Virus record (IMG/VR): IMGVR_UViG_2061766007_001347
DNA from: an uncultured virus (IMG/VR IMGVR_UViG_2061766007_001347)
Taxonomy: Duplodnaviria > Heunggongvirae > Uroviricota > Caudoviricetes
Length of the DNA stretch: 64,000 nucleotides
Strand: one strand, 5' to 3'
Shown: positions 1-10,044 of the stretch, piece after piece
Layout: each line of letters begins with the position of its first letter
How positions within the stretch are numbered: position 1 is the stretch's first letter
Notes under the pieces: generated by a model
What the model was told of the DNA's origin: nothing
The model's database searches: none
What the model saw: only the letters and a program-made list of their open reading frames with translations
Program-made: the position numbers and the translations under genes

Positions 1-156
1 ATGATCAAAGTTGTCTTTGAAGTATAGAATGTCCTTGTATCTTCCTGTGAAAGTTCCTATGAAGTATTTGCAGTCATACTCAGATCGATAGGCATGAACT
101 AAGTAAATCTCATCAGCTTTCATATAGTCATCCTTCCAGTTATGCCACTTTCTCAT
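1..156 (-). CDS. hypothetical protein, partial (runs off the window; MRKWHNWKDDY...)
   Basis: Translated by hand; ATG overlaps the TGA of the upstream ORF (ATGA); open to position 1. Confidence 0.6.
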   Translation of the reverse strand, partial: MRKWHNWKDDYMKADEIYLVHAYRSEYDCKYFIGTFTGRYKDILYFKDNFDH

Positions 157-341
157 TCGTCTTCTCCATCAGCTTTATCTTTGTCTTTGTTGACAATCAT
201 TTCAATAAACCTCGCTAACTGTTCACGAGTAGAATTATCTTCATTAGCTGGAATACAACCATAGCTTGGTTTGAACGTCATAGAACTATCGTCCCTGCTT
301 GTCACACAGCCATAAATGCATGCGATTTTATCATCAATCAT
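153..341 (-). CDS. hypothetical protein
   Basis: ORF track 153..359; likely start MIDDK at 341 with GGAG upstream. Confidence 0.6.
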   Translation of the reverse strand: MIDDKIACIYGCVTSRDDSSMTFKPSYGCIPANEDNSTREQLARFIEMIVNKDKDKADGEDE

Positions 342-483
342 TATAGTACACTCCATCAATCTTTTCTAGTGATTGCTTTGTCATATAGTTACAATAGTCC
401 TGATAGCTATCAAACATTTCTGGAAGTAAGCTATCTTTATTGAACTCTTCTTCAGTCAGGAGCTTTACTTTTCTTTTACCCAT
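334..483 (-). CDS. small hypothetical protein, 49 aa (MGKRKVKLLTEEEF...), not in the ORF track
   Basis: Translated by hand; strong GGAGGTG RBS; stop overlaps the start of the next gene. Confidence 0.65.
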   Translation of the reverse strand: MGKRKVKLLTEEEFNKDSLLPEMFDSYQDYCNYMTKQSLEKIDGVYYND

Positions 484-564
484 ACGTCACCTCCATAGTG
501 AGTCTACATAATCAATATACACACCACTGTAGTTTTACTTAACTGAAGCATAAACACAAATAAA

Positions 565-587
565 CCCCTAATGGATTCCATTAGGGG
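565..587 (-). terminator. intrinsic terminator
   Basis: CCCCTAATGGA/TCCATTAGGGG inverted repeat followed by TTTATTTG on the minus strand. Confidence 0.8.
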
Positions 588-638
588 CTGTGCTGTATTT
601 AGCCTTGTTTTCTTATGGAGAATTTCTAAGCTCTTCGC

Positions 639-890
639 TTACATTGCGTTATACATTCTATATAGCTTCATAACAGCTGCATGAGCCATGTCATACTGTT
701 TCTCAAATGCTTCATTGTCTGCAAGTGAATCATCAGAGTAGTACCAGTTATCCATGAAATTTTCAAGACCAATTAGTATGTAATTGATAGCCTCGAGTCC
801 TGATTCTTTATGGTCGTCTTCATTTTTAACTCGTCTATTTTCTAATGCCTTTTCAAGACGAGCGATTCTCGCTTCTAATTTTTTATCCAT
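639..890 (-). CDS. small acidic protein carrying the MDKKLEARIARLE leader
   Basis: N-terminus MDKKLEARIARLEKALENRRVKNED. Confidence 0.85.
   Translation of the reverse strand: MDKKLEARIARLEKALENRRVKNEDDHKESGLEAINYILIGLENFMDNWYYSDDSLADNEAFEKQYDMAHAAVMKLYRMYNAM
852..890 (-). repeat. leader repeat copy 1
   Basis: ATGGATAAAAAATTAGAAGCGAGAATCGCTCGTCTTGAA. Confidence 0.9.
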
Positions 891-905
891 AATGATTGCC
901 CAAAA

Positions 906-1208
906 TTAGTCTACTTTAAAGTCTTTAAACATTTCGCCAACTTTCTCACCAGCTTCACCAAGTTGAGTAAGAGCATCAACCTTTTCAGAATTGTCGTTCA
1001 CTGTATCGCCCTCAAGAGCTTTAATGAAATCTGGAAGAACACTGAGAATTAGTGGAAGATTTTTAAGAATCACTGGAATAGCTTTAGCGACAATTGGAGC
1101 AATCTCATTAGTCACCTGCTTTTCGTTCTTAGCACCAAGCTTTCTATCAAGCGCTTCTTCAATACGATCCAATTTGCTATTTAATAATAAGTACTTTTCG
1201 CTTTTCAT
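906..1208 (-). CDS. hypothetical protein with degenerate leader (KLDRIEEALDRKLGAKNE)
   Basis: ORF track; amphipathic segment after the KNE motif. Confidence 0.7.
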   Translation of the reverse strand: MKSEKYLLLNSKLDRIEEALDRKLGAKNEKQVTNEIAPIVAKAIPVILKNLPLILSVLPDFIKALEGDTVNDNSEKVDALTQLGEAGEKVGEMFKDFKVD

Positions 1209-1234
1209 ATTGCACTGTCCTTATAAAATTTGGC

Positions 1235-1687
1235 TCACTCTTCATTTGAGCTGTTTTCACTAATGATTCTATCAATGATGTCTGACAAATACTCATTTGT
1301 CTTCAGCGTATAATGAGCTTTTGCTTTATCATTTTCTTTAAGCTTTTTTAGAATTGGCTTCCATAAATCTTTTATGCGGTGCCCTAGAATAATAGACTTT
1401 CGTTCTCTATTTCTTCTATACCATTCTTCTTTACATTCATCAGTGTCTTCTGGATAAACAAGTACATACTCACATTTATTTTTATCCAAGACATCAATAG
1501 CACGATCATGTGCTGTTACTAATAATACATCAGCAGTGCCATTGTCTTTAAGACGCTTTGCATAATCAACAATTGATCTATGGTAATCTTCATCAAGACC
1601 AGTTATTTTTACATTCTTTTCACAGTGATTTAATAAGTATGATTTGCCACAGCAAGGGAATGCTGCTATTATTATTTGCTTACTCAT
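1235..1687 (-). CDS. P-loop kinase-like phage protein
   Basis: IIAAFPCCGKS, a variant Walker A motif, at the N-terminus. Confidence 0.6.
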   Translation of the reverse strand: MSKQIIIAAFPCCGKSYLLNHCEKNVKITGLDEDYHRSIVDYAKRLKDNGTADVLLVTAHDRAIDVLDKNKCEYVLVYPEDTDECKEEWYRRNRERKSIILGHRIKDLWKPILKKLKENDKAKAHYTLKTNEYLSDIIDRIISENSSNEE

Positions 1688-1708
1688 ATTTTATTCTCCA
1701 TTTAAGAA

Positions 1709-3772
1709 TTACCAATTATCATCAATCTTGCCAATACCACTATGTAATCTTACATTAGATATTGCTGGTGACTGAGTAAATCCGCCATTTAACATGCTTG
1801 TCTTAAATGCAAGCATTATGTTATTTATATTGTAGTAATCATCTTCACTCTCTGGTATACGATACATTATATCTTCACGCGTAGCTTCTACTGTATATGG
1901 AGTACCATCTGTATTACAGAGTTTGAAGTAAGCAAATCCAATTAGTCTCTCATTTGATAGTGTTGTGCCTTCCTTACCACCGCTTGAGTAGTCACCAGTC
2001 ACTATTGGTAGTATCATATGCTTTGGAGCAGCTTCAAAGGTTGGATATTCACTGTCACTATAAATTGTTTTGTTTATGTCTAAAACCTCAGTTCTCGTGC
2101 TTGGTGAAGCTGATGCAATATATGGTAAATGTGTAGGAGAATCAAACGCAACATTAGCCCAGTTGTCGTAATAATCTACGTACATATATAGTCCACCATG
2201 CGACATTAGCTCAACGATATCATTCATTGATTTCTCAGTACCGTCGAGTGGGCATACACCAATCTTGTAAAACACATCATTATGTGATATAATTTCTTCT
2301 TCAGTCTCTTGGTCATAAATAGCTGATTGAATGACAAATGAAGTTGTTCGTAACTGAATATCATACTCTGGCTTTTTATTGTAGTGAAGTGCTACTGACA
2401 TAATCCCGTTTGTGTATGCATTATCATCTGGTGTAACACTTTCATCTTCATTTGTCTTTTTATTTATTAGTGGGTCTATAGTAACTTTCACGTCACTTAT
2501 ATCGCACTCAACTAAGTCTTCTACCCAATTTTCAAGAACTGATATGTTTGAATTTGCTTTTAACAAAACAGTATTGCATTCGGCAAATAAACCATCAGTG
2601 GTTAAGTCATAAGTACCACCATTATCAGCGCCACCAGATAGCTGCAGCTCTATCGGAAGATCGTTAGTAACATCTATAAAAAATAAACTACTAGTGTTAT
2701 CATCAGCATGCTTAAATTTTAGAATTGAACTAAATTCTGAGTCGTCTAGCTCAACTTCACGCCATGTATATGAGTCCGGTATGTACCACATCTGCCATGG
2801 ATCTGATGTACCAACTAATGAATCATTATTATATACACTTATATTAACTCTATTATTAGCTCCAGTACTACCATTGCTGTGAAGAACAACTTTGTAGTTA
2901 TTACCTATTTCACCCGGCTCATTAAACTCTACATATATATTGTCTGAGACAGCGTGTGCTTTAGATGGTTTTGCTATCGGCTTAAATTTGTCATTACTAT
3001 CGTCATTATATTTAATATAAAGATCATATTGAGCTGGGCTATTTGCATAATAATAGCCTACATCTCTGTAAAGCTTATATTTACTTCTAATGTTCCCAAT
3101 AAGACGACTTTCTGTGTTTAAGCTAAACACATGAAATATATCTTCTTCTTCATCGTAGTCTGATACATTTTCAATAGTACATACACCGTGATCAAATGTA
3201 TAGTTATCATCAATAGGCGCGTTAAGCCCTGTACCGTACCAACGATCTGGTCCCCAGACATGCAAAGTACCGCTAAAATCCATCAATGTAGCTTGTTCGC
3301 CGGAATCATCAATTAAGCTTATTGTTAGTGTTGAATCATCTTCAGAATAATTTACTGTATTAGGGATAACTTCTGATACAATTAAGTCTTCATAACCAGT
3401 CCAAGCCTCTGGGCCACCATCACCGCCATCTGGGTTTAGAACTTCAGCTGGACTAATACACCCAGACAAAAACTGACAATAATTAACTGTACTACTATAG
3501 TCATCAGTTCTATGTAATACACCATATACGCACACATCTCTAGTTATATCATCCCAATCACCACTTAAATCTAAGTATGCGTATGGTCCATCATAATGAA
3601 CATCAGTTACTGTAAATATGCCATCTCCGCCAACTACTGATTTTTTAAAGTATAGTGAGCTATTTTCCATCATGAAATTGACTAGTGATCTAACAGGCGC
3701 TGATTTCTTTTTTAAGCCTGGAAAAGATACGCTAACAACCATATTACTATTATCTGCCATAGTGCTCTCCAT
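1709..3772 (-). CDS. large acidic beta-rich protein, possibly virion-associated
   Basis: 687 aa ORF rich in D/Y/S/T; likely start MADNS at 3760; no family recognised. Confidence 0.5.
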   Translation of the reverse strand: MESTMADNSNMVVSVSFPGLKKKSAPVRSLVNFMMENSSLYFKKSVVGGDGIFTVTDVHYDGPYAYLDLSGDWDDITRDVCVYGVLHRTDDYSSTVNYCQFLSGCISPAEVLNPDGGDGGPEAWTGYEDLIVSEVIPNTVNYSEDDSTLTISLIDDSGEQATLMDFSGTLHVWGPDRWYGTGLNAPIDDNYTFDHGVCTIENVSDYDEEEDIFHVFSLNTESRLIGNIRSKYKLYRDVGYYYANSPAQYDLYIKYNDDSNDKFKPIAKPSKAHAVSDNIYVEFNEPGEIGNNYKVVLHSNGSTGANNRVNISVYNNDSLVGTSDPWQMWYIPDSYTWREVELDDSEFSSILKFKHADDNTSSLFFIDVTNDLPIELQLSGGADNGGTYDLTTDGLFAECNTVLLKANSNISVLENWVEDLVECDISDVKVTIDPLINKKTNEDESVTPDDNAYTNGIMSVALHYNKKPEYDIQLRTTSFVIQSAIYDQETEEEIISHNDVFYKIGVCPLDGTEKSMNDIVELMSHGGLYMYVDYYDNWANVAFDSPTHLPYIASASPSTRTEVLDINKTIYSDSEYPTFEAAPKHMILPIVTGDYSSGGKEGTTLSNERLIGFAYFKLCNTDGTPYTVEATREDIMYRIPESEDDYYNINNIMLAFKTSMLNGGFTQSPAISNVRLHSGIGKIDDNW

Positions 3773-3775
3773 TTA

Positions 3776-4177
3776 TTAAGTAGATTGCGTTCTACGTATT
3801 AAATTCTCTAATCTTCTAATGCGATGCTCTAGTCCAAGCATCTTTTTATCATACTTATCAGATCTTTTCATATAGTCTCCGATGTTTTCTTGAATTGGAT
3901 TTATGTCCACTCTGACATCATCAATATATAAAGGATCTTCATCATTTAACATTGAAAACAAGTCGTCTTCTCTGATATCGCCTTCATATTCTACTACAGC
4001 ATCAAGATCAGAATCATCTCTTGCCTGACCTCTTAGTCTAGAACCATGAAGACGAACTTCTTTAATGATAACATCTTCATCTGAATAGCCATTGTCATAT
4101 AGTCGTTCTGAAATGAATTCACTCACCATATCAACAACTTCATCATATGAATATGATTCTAAGCCTTGAATATCCAT
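3776..4177 (-). CDS. Pol-beta superfamily nucleotidyltransferase with C-terminal leader-like motif
   Basis: GSRLRG...DSDLD motif and VDINP; ends LEHRIRRLENLIRR. Confidence 0.75.
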   Translation of the reverse strand: MDIQGLESYSYDEVVDMVSEFISERLYDNGYSDEDVIIKEVRLHGSRLRGQARDDSDLDAVVEYEGDIREDDLFSMLNDEDPLYIDDVRVDINPIQENIGDYMKRSDKYDKKMLGLEHRIRRLENLIRRTQST

Positions 4178-4178
4178 A

Positions 4179-5165
4179 CTATTTCTCCGCCTTCTTAGCG
4201 TGCTTTTCTATATGCTGCTTTAGTTTAGCTGGGAAGTTCTTTAGTTCATCAAGAGTAAATTTAGCAATAAAGAAATCGTTCGACCTCATTAAATACGATT
4301 TGCCAATTTTATTGATTGTGAACCGATCCTTTTTACCATCTTTATAAACAATCTCGATTGTCCACTTATTATCGCCAACATAACCTTCAATGATTTCCAT
4401 ATCGTAATTTGGAAATTCATTTTTGATATCAAAAGCAATTTCTTTAGCAAGATCGGAATCATTACTATCTTTAGAATCTTCGAGATTCTTTTCAGCTTGT
4501 GCAATGTGCTTTGCTATATGATCTATAACAGACTGTGGGACATCAAGATCTCCGTCACTATCTGAAAATTTAACCTTAAGCTTGTCTTTATCTGATGTAA
4601 TGACGTAGTCATCTTTGTTGTCTTTTGGCTTTACTAAAGAAAGATCTTCACGATTACCATCATTGTAGACAAGACGAAGAATCCATGCATCTTTCTTATT
4701 CTTCACATCAACGCTAGAATCAACATCGAGATCATCTTTATCAAAGTTCATATCAATGTCCATCGCAGCAACTTCACCATCATGAGCTGGTGTAGTCTCT
4801 CTTTCATTAGTTTTCTTTTTCTCTTCTATGAGCTTAAGAACATTATTTAGTTTACTTTCCAATCTGCAGAGTCGTAGTTCACATGGGAAGCATGAGGCTG
4901 CTACTTGAACAATCTTATCAATGTCTACATTATCTAATGCAGCTAAAACAAACAATTGAGCATCATCATTCGGATCAAGACAAACACTGTCTTTACAGCC
5001 ATTAATTTTATTCATGACGACTTCTTTTGCTCCAGTTTCAAAGTCATCCATAGTTCTGCAATTACTTACCATTGGAGCGAAGTCATCTATGCATAGCTGA
5101 TCTGCTAAAGCCAAAGTTTGAAGATCTGCCCAGCAGCTATCGCACTCAGAAATTCTCTTTGCCAT
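4179..5165 (-). CDS. hypothetical D/K-rich protein with internal leader-like motif
   Basis: ELRLCRLESKL...KKTNE; two similar segments (WILRLVYNDGNREDL, WTIEIVYKDGKKDRF). Confidence 0.6.
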   Translation of the reverse strand: MAKRISECDSCWADLQTLALADQLCIDDFAPMVSNCRTMDDFETGAKEVVMNKINGCKDSVCLDPNDDAQLFVLAALDNVDIDKIVQVAASCFPCELRLCRLESKLNNVLKLIEEKKKTNERETTPAHDGEVAAMDIDMNFDKDDLDVDSSVDVKNKKDAWILRLVYNDGNREDLSLVKPKDNKDDYVITSDKDKLKVKFSDSDGDLDVPQSVIDHIAKHIAQAEKNLEDSKDSNDSDLAKEIAFDIKNEFPNYDMEIIEGYVGDNKWTIEIVYKDGKKDRFTINKIGKSYLMRSNDFFIAKFTLDELKNFPAKLKQHIEKHAKKAEK

Positions 5166-5262
5166 TTGTTATTTCTCCTACAAAGCATAAAATTTGCAAT
5201 ATCAAATTTTATTGATTACTATACTATTGATATGTTGTATACATAAAGAATGAGGCATATTT

Positions 5263-6108
5263 ATGTTGATTGTGAGTAACCAATATGAGTCTTTGAAACA
5301 CATCTTTGAAACAAAGCTAAGTGATGACTATGAAAAGCTTATAGCCGATACGGTAAACTCGCTAAGCAAAGATCATATATACACAGCTGAACGACCAGTA
5401 AGCAATAACAAGTTTAGTGATGTTTATATTACCAGAAATGATGGAGTCTCTTCTTGGCTTGAAGTAAAGATGGATCATCATGCCGGACTTGGTAGTCCTA
5501 GAGTGTTTTATAGCGACTACGATGGCGGTTGGTGTACAACATATAAAACACCAGCTGCTGCATTTGCAGTGGAAATTCTCAATGCTAGCGATGAAGCGGC
5601 TGCGTGGATAGAGCAATTTAAGATCTGGTTATGCAATGAACTGAAGACTTCTACAGATTCTAAGCTTGCCGAAGTTATATGTAACAGTAAAGACGACTGT
5701 GATTATTGCCCAGATGATCTGAAGATAGTTTTACCAACGACGGCTGGTGGATTAGACCTTCATGGCGCAGTCCCTGTTAGTGTAATGCGTAAATTTGTGT
5801 CAGACAATAACCGGAATATCTTGAATTACTCATGTGACATTACTCAGCTTGTAGAAGATCATTACTTAAAAGGGAAAGAAGCTCCAGCCTATTACATTCA
5901 AATTGGAGACGATCTCTATAGAATTGGAGACGGCAATCCGTTTAAGTGGGATATACCAAAACTATCAATTACTTCTGGGAACGTGATAGCTAGGATATCA
6001 ATTAGTAATGATAAGCTTTATGAAATACAGATCGATATAAAGTCTAAAGAATTTAATGACAGCGATTATTCACTGAACCCAGAGTCAAAGAAGATGAGGC
6101 CGTTCTAA
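5263..6108 (+). CDS. PD-(D/E)xK nuclease-like protein
   Basis: FSDVYI...WLEVK motif; GAGG RBS. Confidence 0.6.
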   Translation: MLIVSNQYESLKHIFETKLSDDYEKLIADTVNSLSKDHIYTAERPVSNNKFSDVYITRNDGVSSWLEVKMDHHAGLGSPRVFYSDYDGGWCTTYKTPAAAFAVEILNASDEAAAWIEQFKIWLCNELKTSTDSKLAEVICNSKDDCDYCPDDLKIVLPTTAGGLDLHGAVPVSVMRKFVSDNNRNILNYSCDITQLVEDHYLKGKEAPAYYIQIGDDLYRIGDGNPFKWDIPKLSITSGNVIARISISNDKLYEIQIDIKSKEFNDSDYSLNPESKKMRPF

Positions 6109-7352
6109 TGCTTATTGTAACTGAGAGCTATAATTTAATTGATGATATAATGAATGAAGATAGATACAACTATGGTAGAGGTCTAACGGCTGATCAAGCA
6201 AAAGAAGAACTACACAAAGAATCCCGTGATAAGCGACTAGATGACCTAGTAGACTTTCTATATGAAGTCTGGGTAGATGAGTTTGCAGGCATTGACAGAA
6301 AGATACCTCTAAGATTCCCAGAGGATGTGAAGGGTAAAGTTAAAATTGCTCGTGATTATGCACCATTTCTCAAAGCTAATAGTGAATTTCATGTTAGTGG
6401 AAATAAGTTTACTATTGATGGTATAGAGTTTACATTTGGTGACGGTTCGTTATTCAGTGATAGAGCCGCTGCTGGACGTGAGTATGAGAATGATGTCGCA
6501 GATGATGTGCGTTTCTTATTATTAGAAAATGCAGAATCTAAAGCAGACAGATCAAGATTGAAGGCTCTTCAGGTACAGTATGCTGAGCTGTTAAAAGATA
6601 AGGACTTCAAAGATGCAAAGAAGATAGTCAAGGCTGACCCTAGTGCTATAGATCATATTGTTAGAGTTGAGACTCCAAAGCGCAGAAATAGTCATCATGA
6701 ATTATGGAATAATGACTTCGAAATAAACACTAACACAAAAGATATTAAAGAGTCAGGCAAAATCATTGCCGATGTTGTTATCAATGATAAAATCTACTTA
6801 TCTGCAAAGATAGAGAGTCATCAGCTTTCTGGTGTAAGATGCGCGATGGTGTTCGATAGCAATGCTTTATTCAGAGAGTATGCTAAGCAAAACAGATCAT
6901 TCAAAGATAAAAGCTCATTTGATAGATCAAGTCTTTCTAAAAATACTCCATTTAAAAATTTCTGTGAGCTATTCAGTGTGGATGGATTTGACATGTATAA
7001 TAGCCTAGTTCCTCATAATGATAATGATAGAAAGCTATCTGTGATAAAGCCACAGCCAGAATATTCATCATCTACACTTGGCCTGTTGTTTCGTAAGCTA
7101 GTCGGTGGAAACTATTGGGTAGTTAAACGTGGTGAACCAGTTAGATTTATTGGCGTCAAAAATTCGAATTCTCTCAAGTTTAATATAAGTGACGCGTATA
7201 TCACTAAGTCAGGTAAGAGCATTATATTTAATGGTGATCTTAGTGGATTATCAGCTGCTATCAATGTTCGAACATCTAGTGGTGAAGAATACCCTTGTAG
7301 AATGTTCCCAAAAGTGAACATTGAAGACTTGATAAATTTACTTGCAAAGTAA
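6108..7352 (+). CDS. PD-(D/E)xK nuclease-like protein
   Basis: GREYE...IADVVI...YLSAK pattern; start overlaps the previous stop (TAATG). Confidence 0.5.
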   Translation: MLIVTESYNLIDDIMNEDRYNYGRGLTADQAKEELHKESRDKRLDDLVDFLYEVWVDEFAGIDRKIPLRFPEDVKGKVKIARDYAPFLKANSEFHVSGNKFTIDGIEFTFGDGSLFSDRAAAGREYENDVADDVRFLLLENAESKADRSRLKALQVQYAELLKDKDFKDAKKIVKADPSAIDHIVRVETPKRRNSHHELWNNDFEINTNTKDIKESGKIIADVVINDKIYLSAKIESHQLSGVRCAMVFDSNALFREYAKQNRSFKDKSSFDRSSLSKNTPFKNFCELFSVDGFDMYNSLVPHNDNDRKLSVIKPQPEYSSSTLGLLFRKLVGGNYWVVKRGEPVRFIGVKNSNSLKFNISDAYITKSGKSIIFNGDLSGLSAAINVRTSSGEEYPCRMFPKVNIEDLINLLAK

Positions 7353-7356
7353 AACA

Positions 7357-7383
7357 AAATCCCGGTAGAATCTACCGGGATTT
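7357..7383. terminator. bidirectional terminator between convergent genes
   Basis: AAATCCCGGTAGA/TCTACCGGGATTT inverted repeat with A/T runs on both sides. Confidence 0.8.
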
Positions 7384-7391
7384 AATTGTAA

Positions 7392-7589
7392 CTAAACTTC
7401 ATTAGTCATATCATTTGGATCTTCATCTCCTGTTTGTGTTATTTCACCCAGAAGATTCAATGCTGTTCGTACGTATAATTCTATGAGGTCAATTTGAATT
7501 GCACCGTTGTAGTTGTTGCAGATATAAAGAGCGCCTTGTAAGTAGTATCTAAGGAATAGTAAATACGATTCTGTAGACTTCTTAGACAT
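7392..7589 (-). CDS. hypothetical protein
   Basis: ORF track; start MSKKSTES with GAGGTG RBS. Confidence 0.6.
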   Translation of the reverse strand: MSKKSTESYLLFLRYYLQGALYICNNYNGAIQIDLIELYVRTALNLLGEITQTGDEDPNDMTNEV

Positions 7590-7670
7590 TGTAATCACCT
7601 CTTAATGAAATAAGATTTATGTGATTATCATACTGCACTCCTATAGGATTGTCTGTTTGTAAGTAAACAA

Positions 7671-7709
7671 AAACCTCCAGTTAGAATATTGATACCCAAC
7701 TGGAGGTTT
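7671..7709 (-). terminator. intrinsic terminator
   Basis: AAACCTCCAGTT/AACTGGAGGTTT stem, then TTTGTTT on the minus strand. Confidence 0.75.
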
Positions 7710-7730
7710 AACTGTCTCTAGAATATGTGA

Positions 7731-8087
7731 TTATTCTTCGTCATCGTCGTATTCATCATCAGCATTATATTCTAGATCTGTCATATAGCCGAGCGTATAC
7801 AAGTCATTAAGAACACCATTGAGAATACCGCTAATTGTTTCGGCATCACTCATCATATCTGGATCAGCTCCAGCGTCTATTATAGCTTGATCACATTCTT
7901 TAGCTGTATCTTCTAGCTTGTGTAATGAAGACCAAGCTTTCTTTATAGCTACCATCAAGGTCTTAAACTTGACTACCATCTCAGGGTCATTCATGAGTGT
8001 ACGAAACACTCCCTCATTCTTCATCTGCTTTTTAGACAAAAGCTTTTCCAAATATGCAACTCTTCTTTCTAATTCTTTATTATTCAT
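7731..8087 (-). CDS. leader-family protein (variant)
   Basis: Likely start MNNKELERRVAYLEKLLSKKQMKNEG at 8087; acidic C-terminus. Confidence 0.8.
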   Translation of the reverse strand: MNNKELERRVAYLEKLLSKKQMKNEGVFRTLMNDPEMVVKFKTLMVAIKKAWSSLHKLEDTAKECDQAIIDAGADPDMMSDAETISGILNGVLNDLYTLGYMTDLEYNADDEYDDDEE

Positions 8088-8091
8088 AAGG

Positions 8092-8388
8092 CTACTCTCC
8101 ACCGAAGAAATAATCATCTGGACCCATACCAAGCATATCACGGATCATCTCTAAACTCACAGTGATACTACCTAAATGATCTGCGTAGTCATCGTAATCA
8201 TTTTCTGGATCACTACCAACGATATTCAAATACTGAATTACTTTATTACTATCCAAAAATGACATTGCTTGGTCTATCTGTTTAAATGCATTTATAATCT
8301 GTGCTTTAATTGCATCTGTAGAGTCTTCATTCTTTCTAGAAAGAAGTCTCTCTAATCTTGCAACCCTTGCTTCTAATTTCTTATCCAT
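8092..8388 (-). CDS. leader-family protein
   Basis: MDKKLEARVARLERLLSRKNED; GAGG RBS before ATG 8388. Confidence 0.85.
   Translation of the reverse strand: MDKKLEARVARLERLLSRKNEDSTDAIKAQIINAFKQIDQAMSFLDSNKVIQYLNIVGSDPENDYDDYADHLGSITVSLEMIRDMLGMGPDDYFFGGE
8350..8388 (-). repeat. leader repeat copy 2
   Basis: ATGGATAAGAAATTAGAAGCAAGGGTTGCAAGATTAGAG. Confidence 0.9.
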
Positions 8389-8776
8389 ATTTAACCTCAA
8401 CTAATCCAATAAATCTATGTGCAATGAACTCAGCGGCTTCATCAAGATTAGTGCCTTTACCGCCGCCATCTAAACGCTCAGTGTCTTTATCTGTGTAATA
8501 CACTACATAGTTATCACCAAGATATTTAGAGAACAAAGTATTTCTTGCAAAGTAGTACTTGACTCTCAAGATGTCTGTAATGTTATAGCTGTCAAATGAT
8601 ACTGCTATCTCTGTGTAGTCTGCATATTCAAGGTTCTTTCCATATATGTAGGGCTTATAACTAATGTGAAGATTATTCCAATCATTCGTGTCAAAGATAA
8701 AGTATGCGTCTTTTAAGATGCACTGCTCTATTTTTCTACATAACTCTTTTGATCGGTTATCATCTAGTGCAGTCAT
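8381..8776 (-). CDS. hypothetical protein
   Basis: ORF track; fits the operon spacing. Confidence 0.6.
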   Translation of the reverse strand: MTALDDNRSKELCRKIEQCILKDAYFIFDTNDWNNLHISYKPYIYGKNLEYADYTEIAVSFDSYNITDILRVKYYFARNTLFSKYLGDNYVVYYTDKDTERLDGGGKGTNLDEAAEFIAHRFIGLVEVKYG

Positions 8777-8791
8777 TATAAGCCCCTATAG

Positions 8792-10024
8792 CTACACAGC
8801 AAAATGATCATCTAACCATTTAGCTATATCAGTCTTTATTGATGAAAGCACATCATCATTGCTATAGTTCTCTAATATTTTATTGATATATGCAGCTACC
8901 TGAATCATATCATCTTCTTTCATGCCGCGCGTGGTAAGAATTGCAGTCCCTAAGCGTATGCCACTTCCTTTTGCAGGTGGTCGTGTGTCGTATGGAATTG
9001 TTGAGAATGAGCATTCAATTCCAGCTTTCTCAAGAGCTACAGCTGCTGTTTTACCGTCTATATTTTTTGATGTAACATCAACAACCATTAAGTGAGAATC
9101 AGTCCCACCGGAAATAATTCTCATTCCATAAATAGACTGTAGAACTTCAGCTAGCTTTTTTGCGTTCTTTACAACTTGATGAGCATAATCTTTAAACTCT
9201 TTAGTATCAGCTTCATGTAATGCAACAGCTAATGCTGCAATTTGGTTCATGTGCGGACCACCTTGCCCATTAGGAAATACTGATCTGTCAATCTGTTTTG
9301 CAAGACCAGGCTTACACATAATCATACCGCCTCTTGGTCCTCTTAATGTTTTATGTGTAGTCAATGTAACAACATCAGCATACGGGATTGGAGAAGGATA
9401 TGCGCCACCAGCAATTAAACCAGCAACATGAGCAACGTCTGCAACTAAGATACATTTTGCTTTGTATGCGATTACGGCTAGTCGTTCCCAATTAAGAATT
9501 CTACTATAGGCAGTAGTGCCAATTAGCATCATTACAGGTTGAACACTTAAAACAAATTGCTCTAATTCATCGTAGTCAATAAGTTCTGTGTCCTTACTCA
9601 CATCAAATTGATGCACCTCATATAATTTACCACTAAAACTTACACCATGACCATGAGTGAGGTGGCCCCCAGAATTTAAGCCAAGACCAACAACTTTATC
9701 ACCCGGCTTACATATTGCTTCATATACCGCGCGATTGGCAGGTGAGCCAGAGTATGGTTGAACATTTACATGCCACCCTTCTGGCAAGTTAAACACTTTC
9801 TTTGCACGTTCAATAGCAAGGTTCTCAATCTTATCTGTGTTTTCCTGACCCTGATAATAGCGCTTGCCTGGATAGCCCTCACTATAGCAATTCGTAAACA
9901 CGCTGCCGAGGCTCTCTAATATATCATCAGATACCTGATTTGTAGAGGCAATCATGCGAAGCGTATGTCTCTGTCTACACTCTTCAGCAGCAATAATATC
10001 AGCAACTTCTTTATCTTTAATCAT
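8792..10024 (-). CDS. glyA: serine hydroxymethyltransferase
   Basis: YSEGYPGKRYY, VQPYSGSPAN, GGHLTHG, TTHKTLRGPRGG (PLP lysine), QGGP, SGIRLGT. Confidence 0.97.
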   Translation of the reverse strand: MIKDKEVADIIAAEECRQRHTLRMIASTNQVSDDILESLGSVFTNCYSEGYPGKRYYQGQENTDKIENLAIERAKKVFNLPEGWHVNVQPYSGSPANRAVYEAICKPGDKVVGLGLNSGGHLTHGHGVSFSGKLYEVHQFDVSKDTELIDYDELEQFVLSVQPVMMLIGTTAYSRILNWERLAVIAYKAKCILVADVAHVAGLIAGGAYPSPIPYADVVTLTTHKTLRGPRGGMIMCKPGLAKQIDRSVFPNGQGGPHMNQIAALAVALHEADTKEFKDYAHQVVKNAKKLAEVLQSIYGMRIISGGTDSHLMVVDVTSKNIDGKTAAVALEKAGIECSFSTIPYDTRPPAKGSGIRLGTAILTTRGMKEDDMIQVAAYINKILENYSNDDVLSSIKTDIAKWLDDHFAV

Positions 10025-10044
10025 GTTAACTCCTATGAGCAAAT

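Noticed and set aside
1709..4177. Readthrough from the nucleotidyltransferase into the in-frame 687-aa ORF
   Set aside because: Two consecutive TAA stops separate them.
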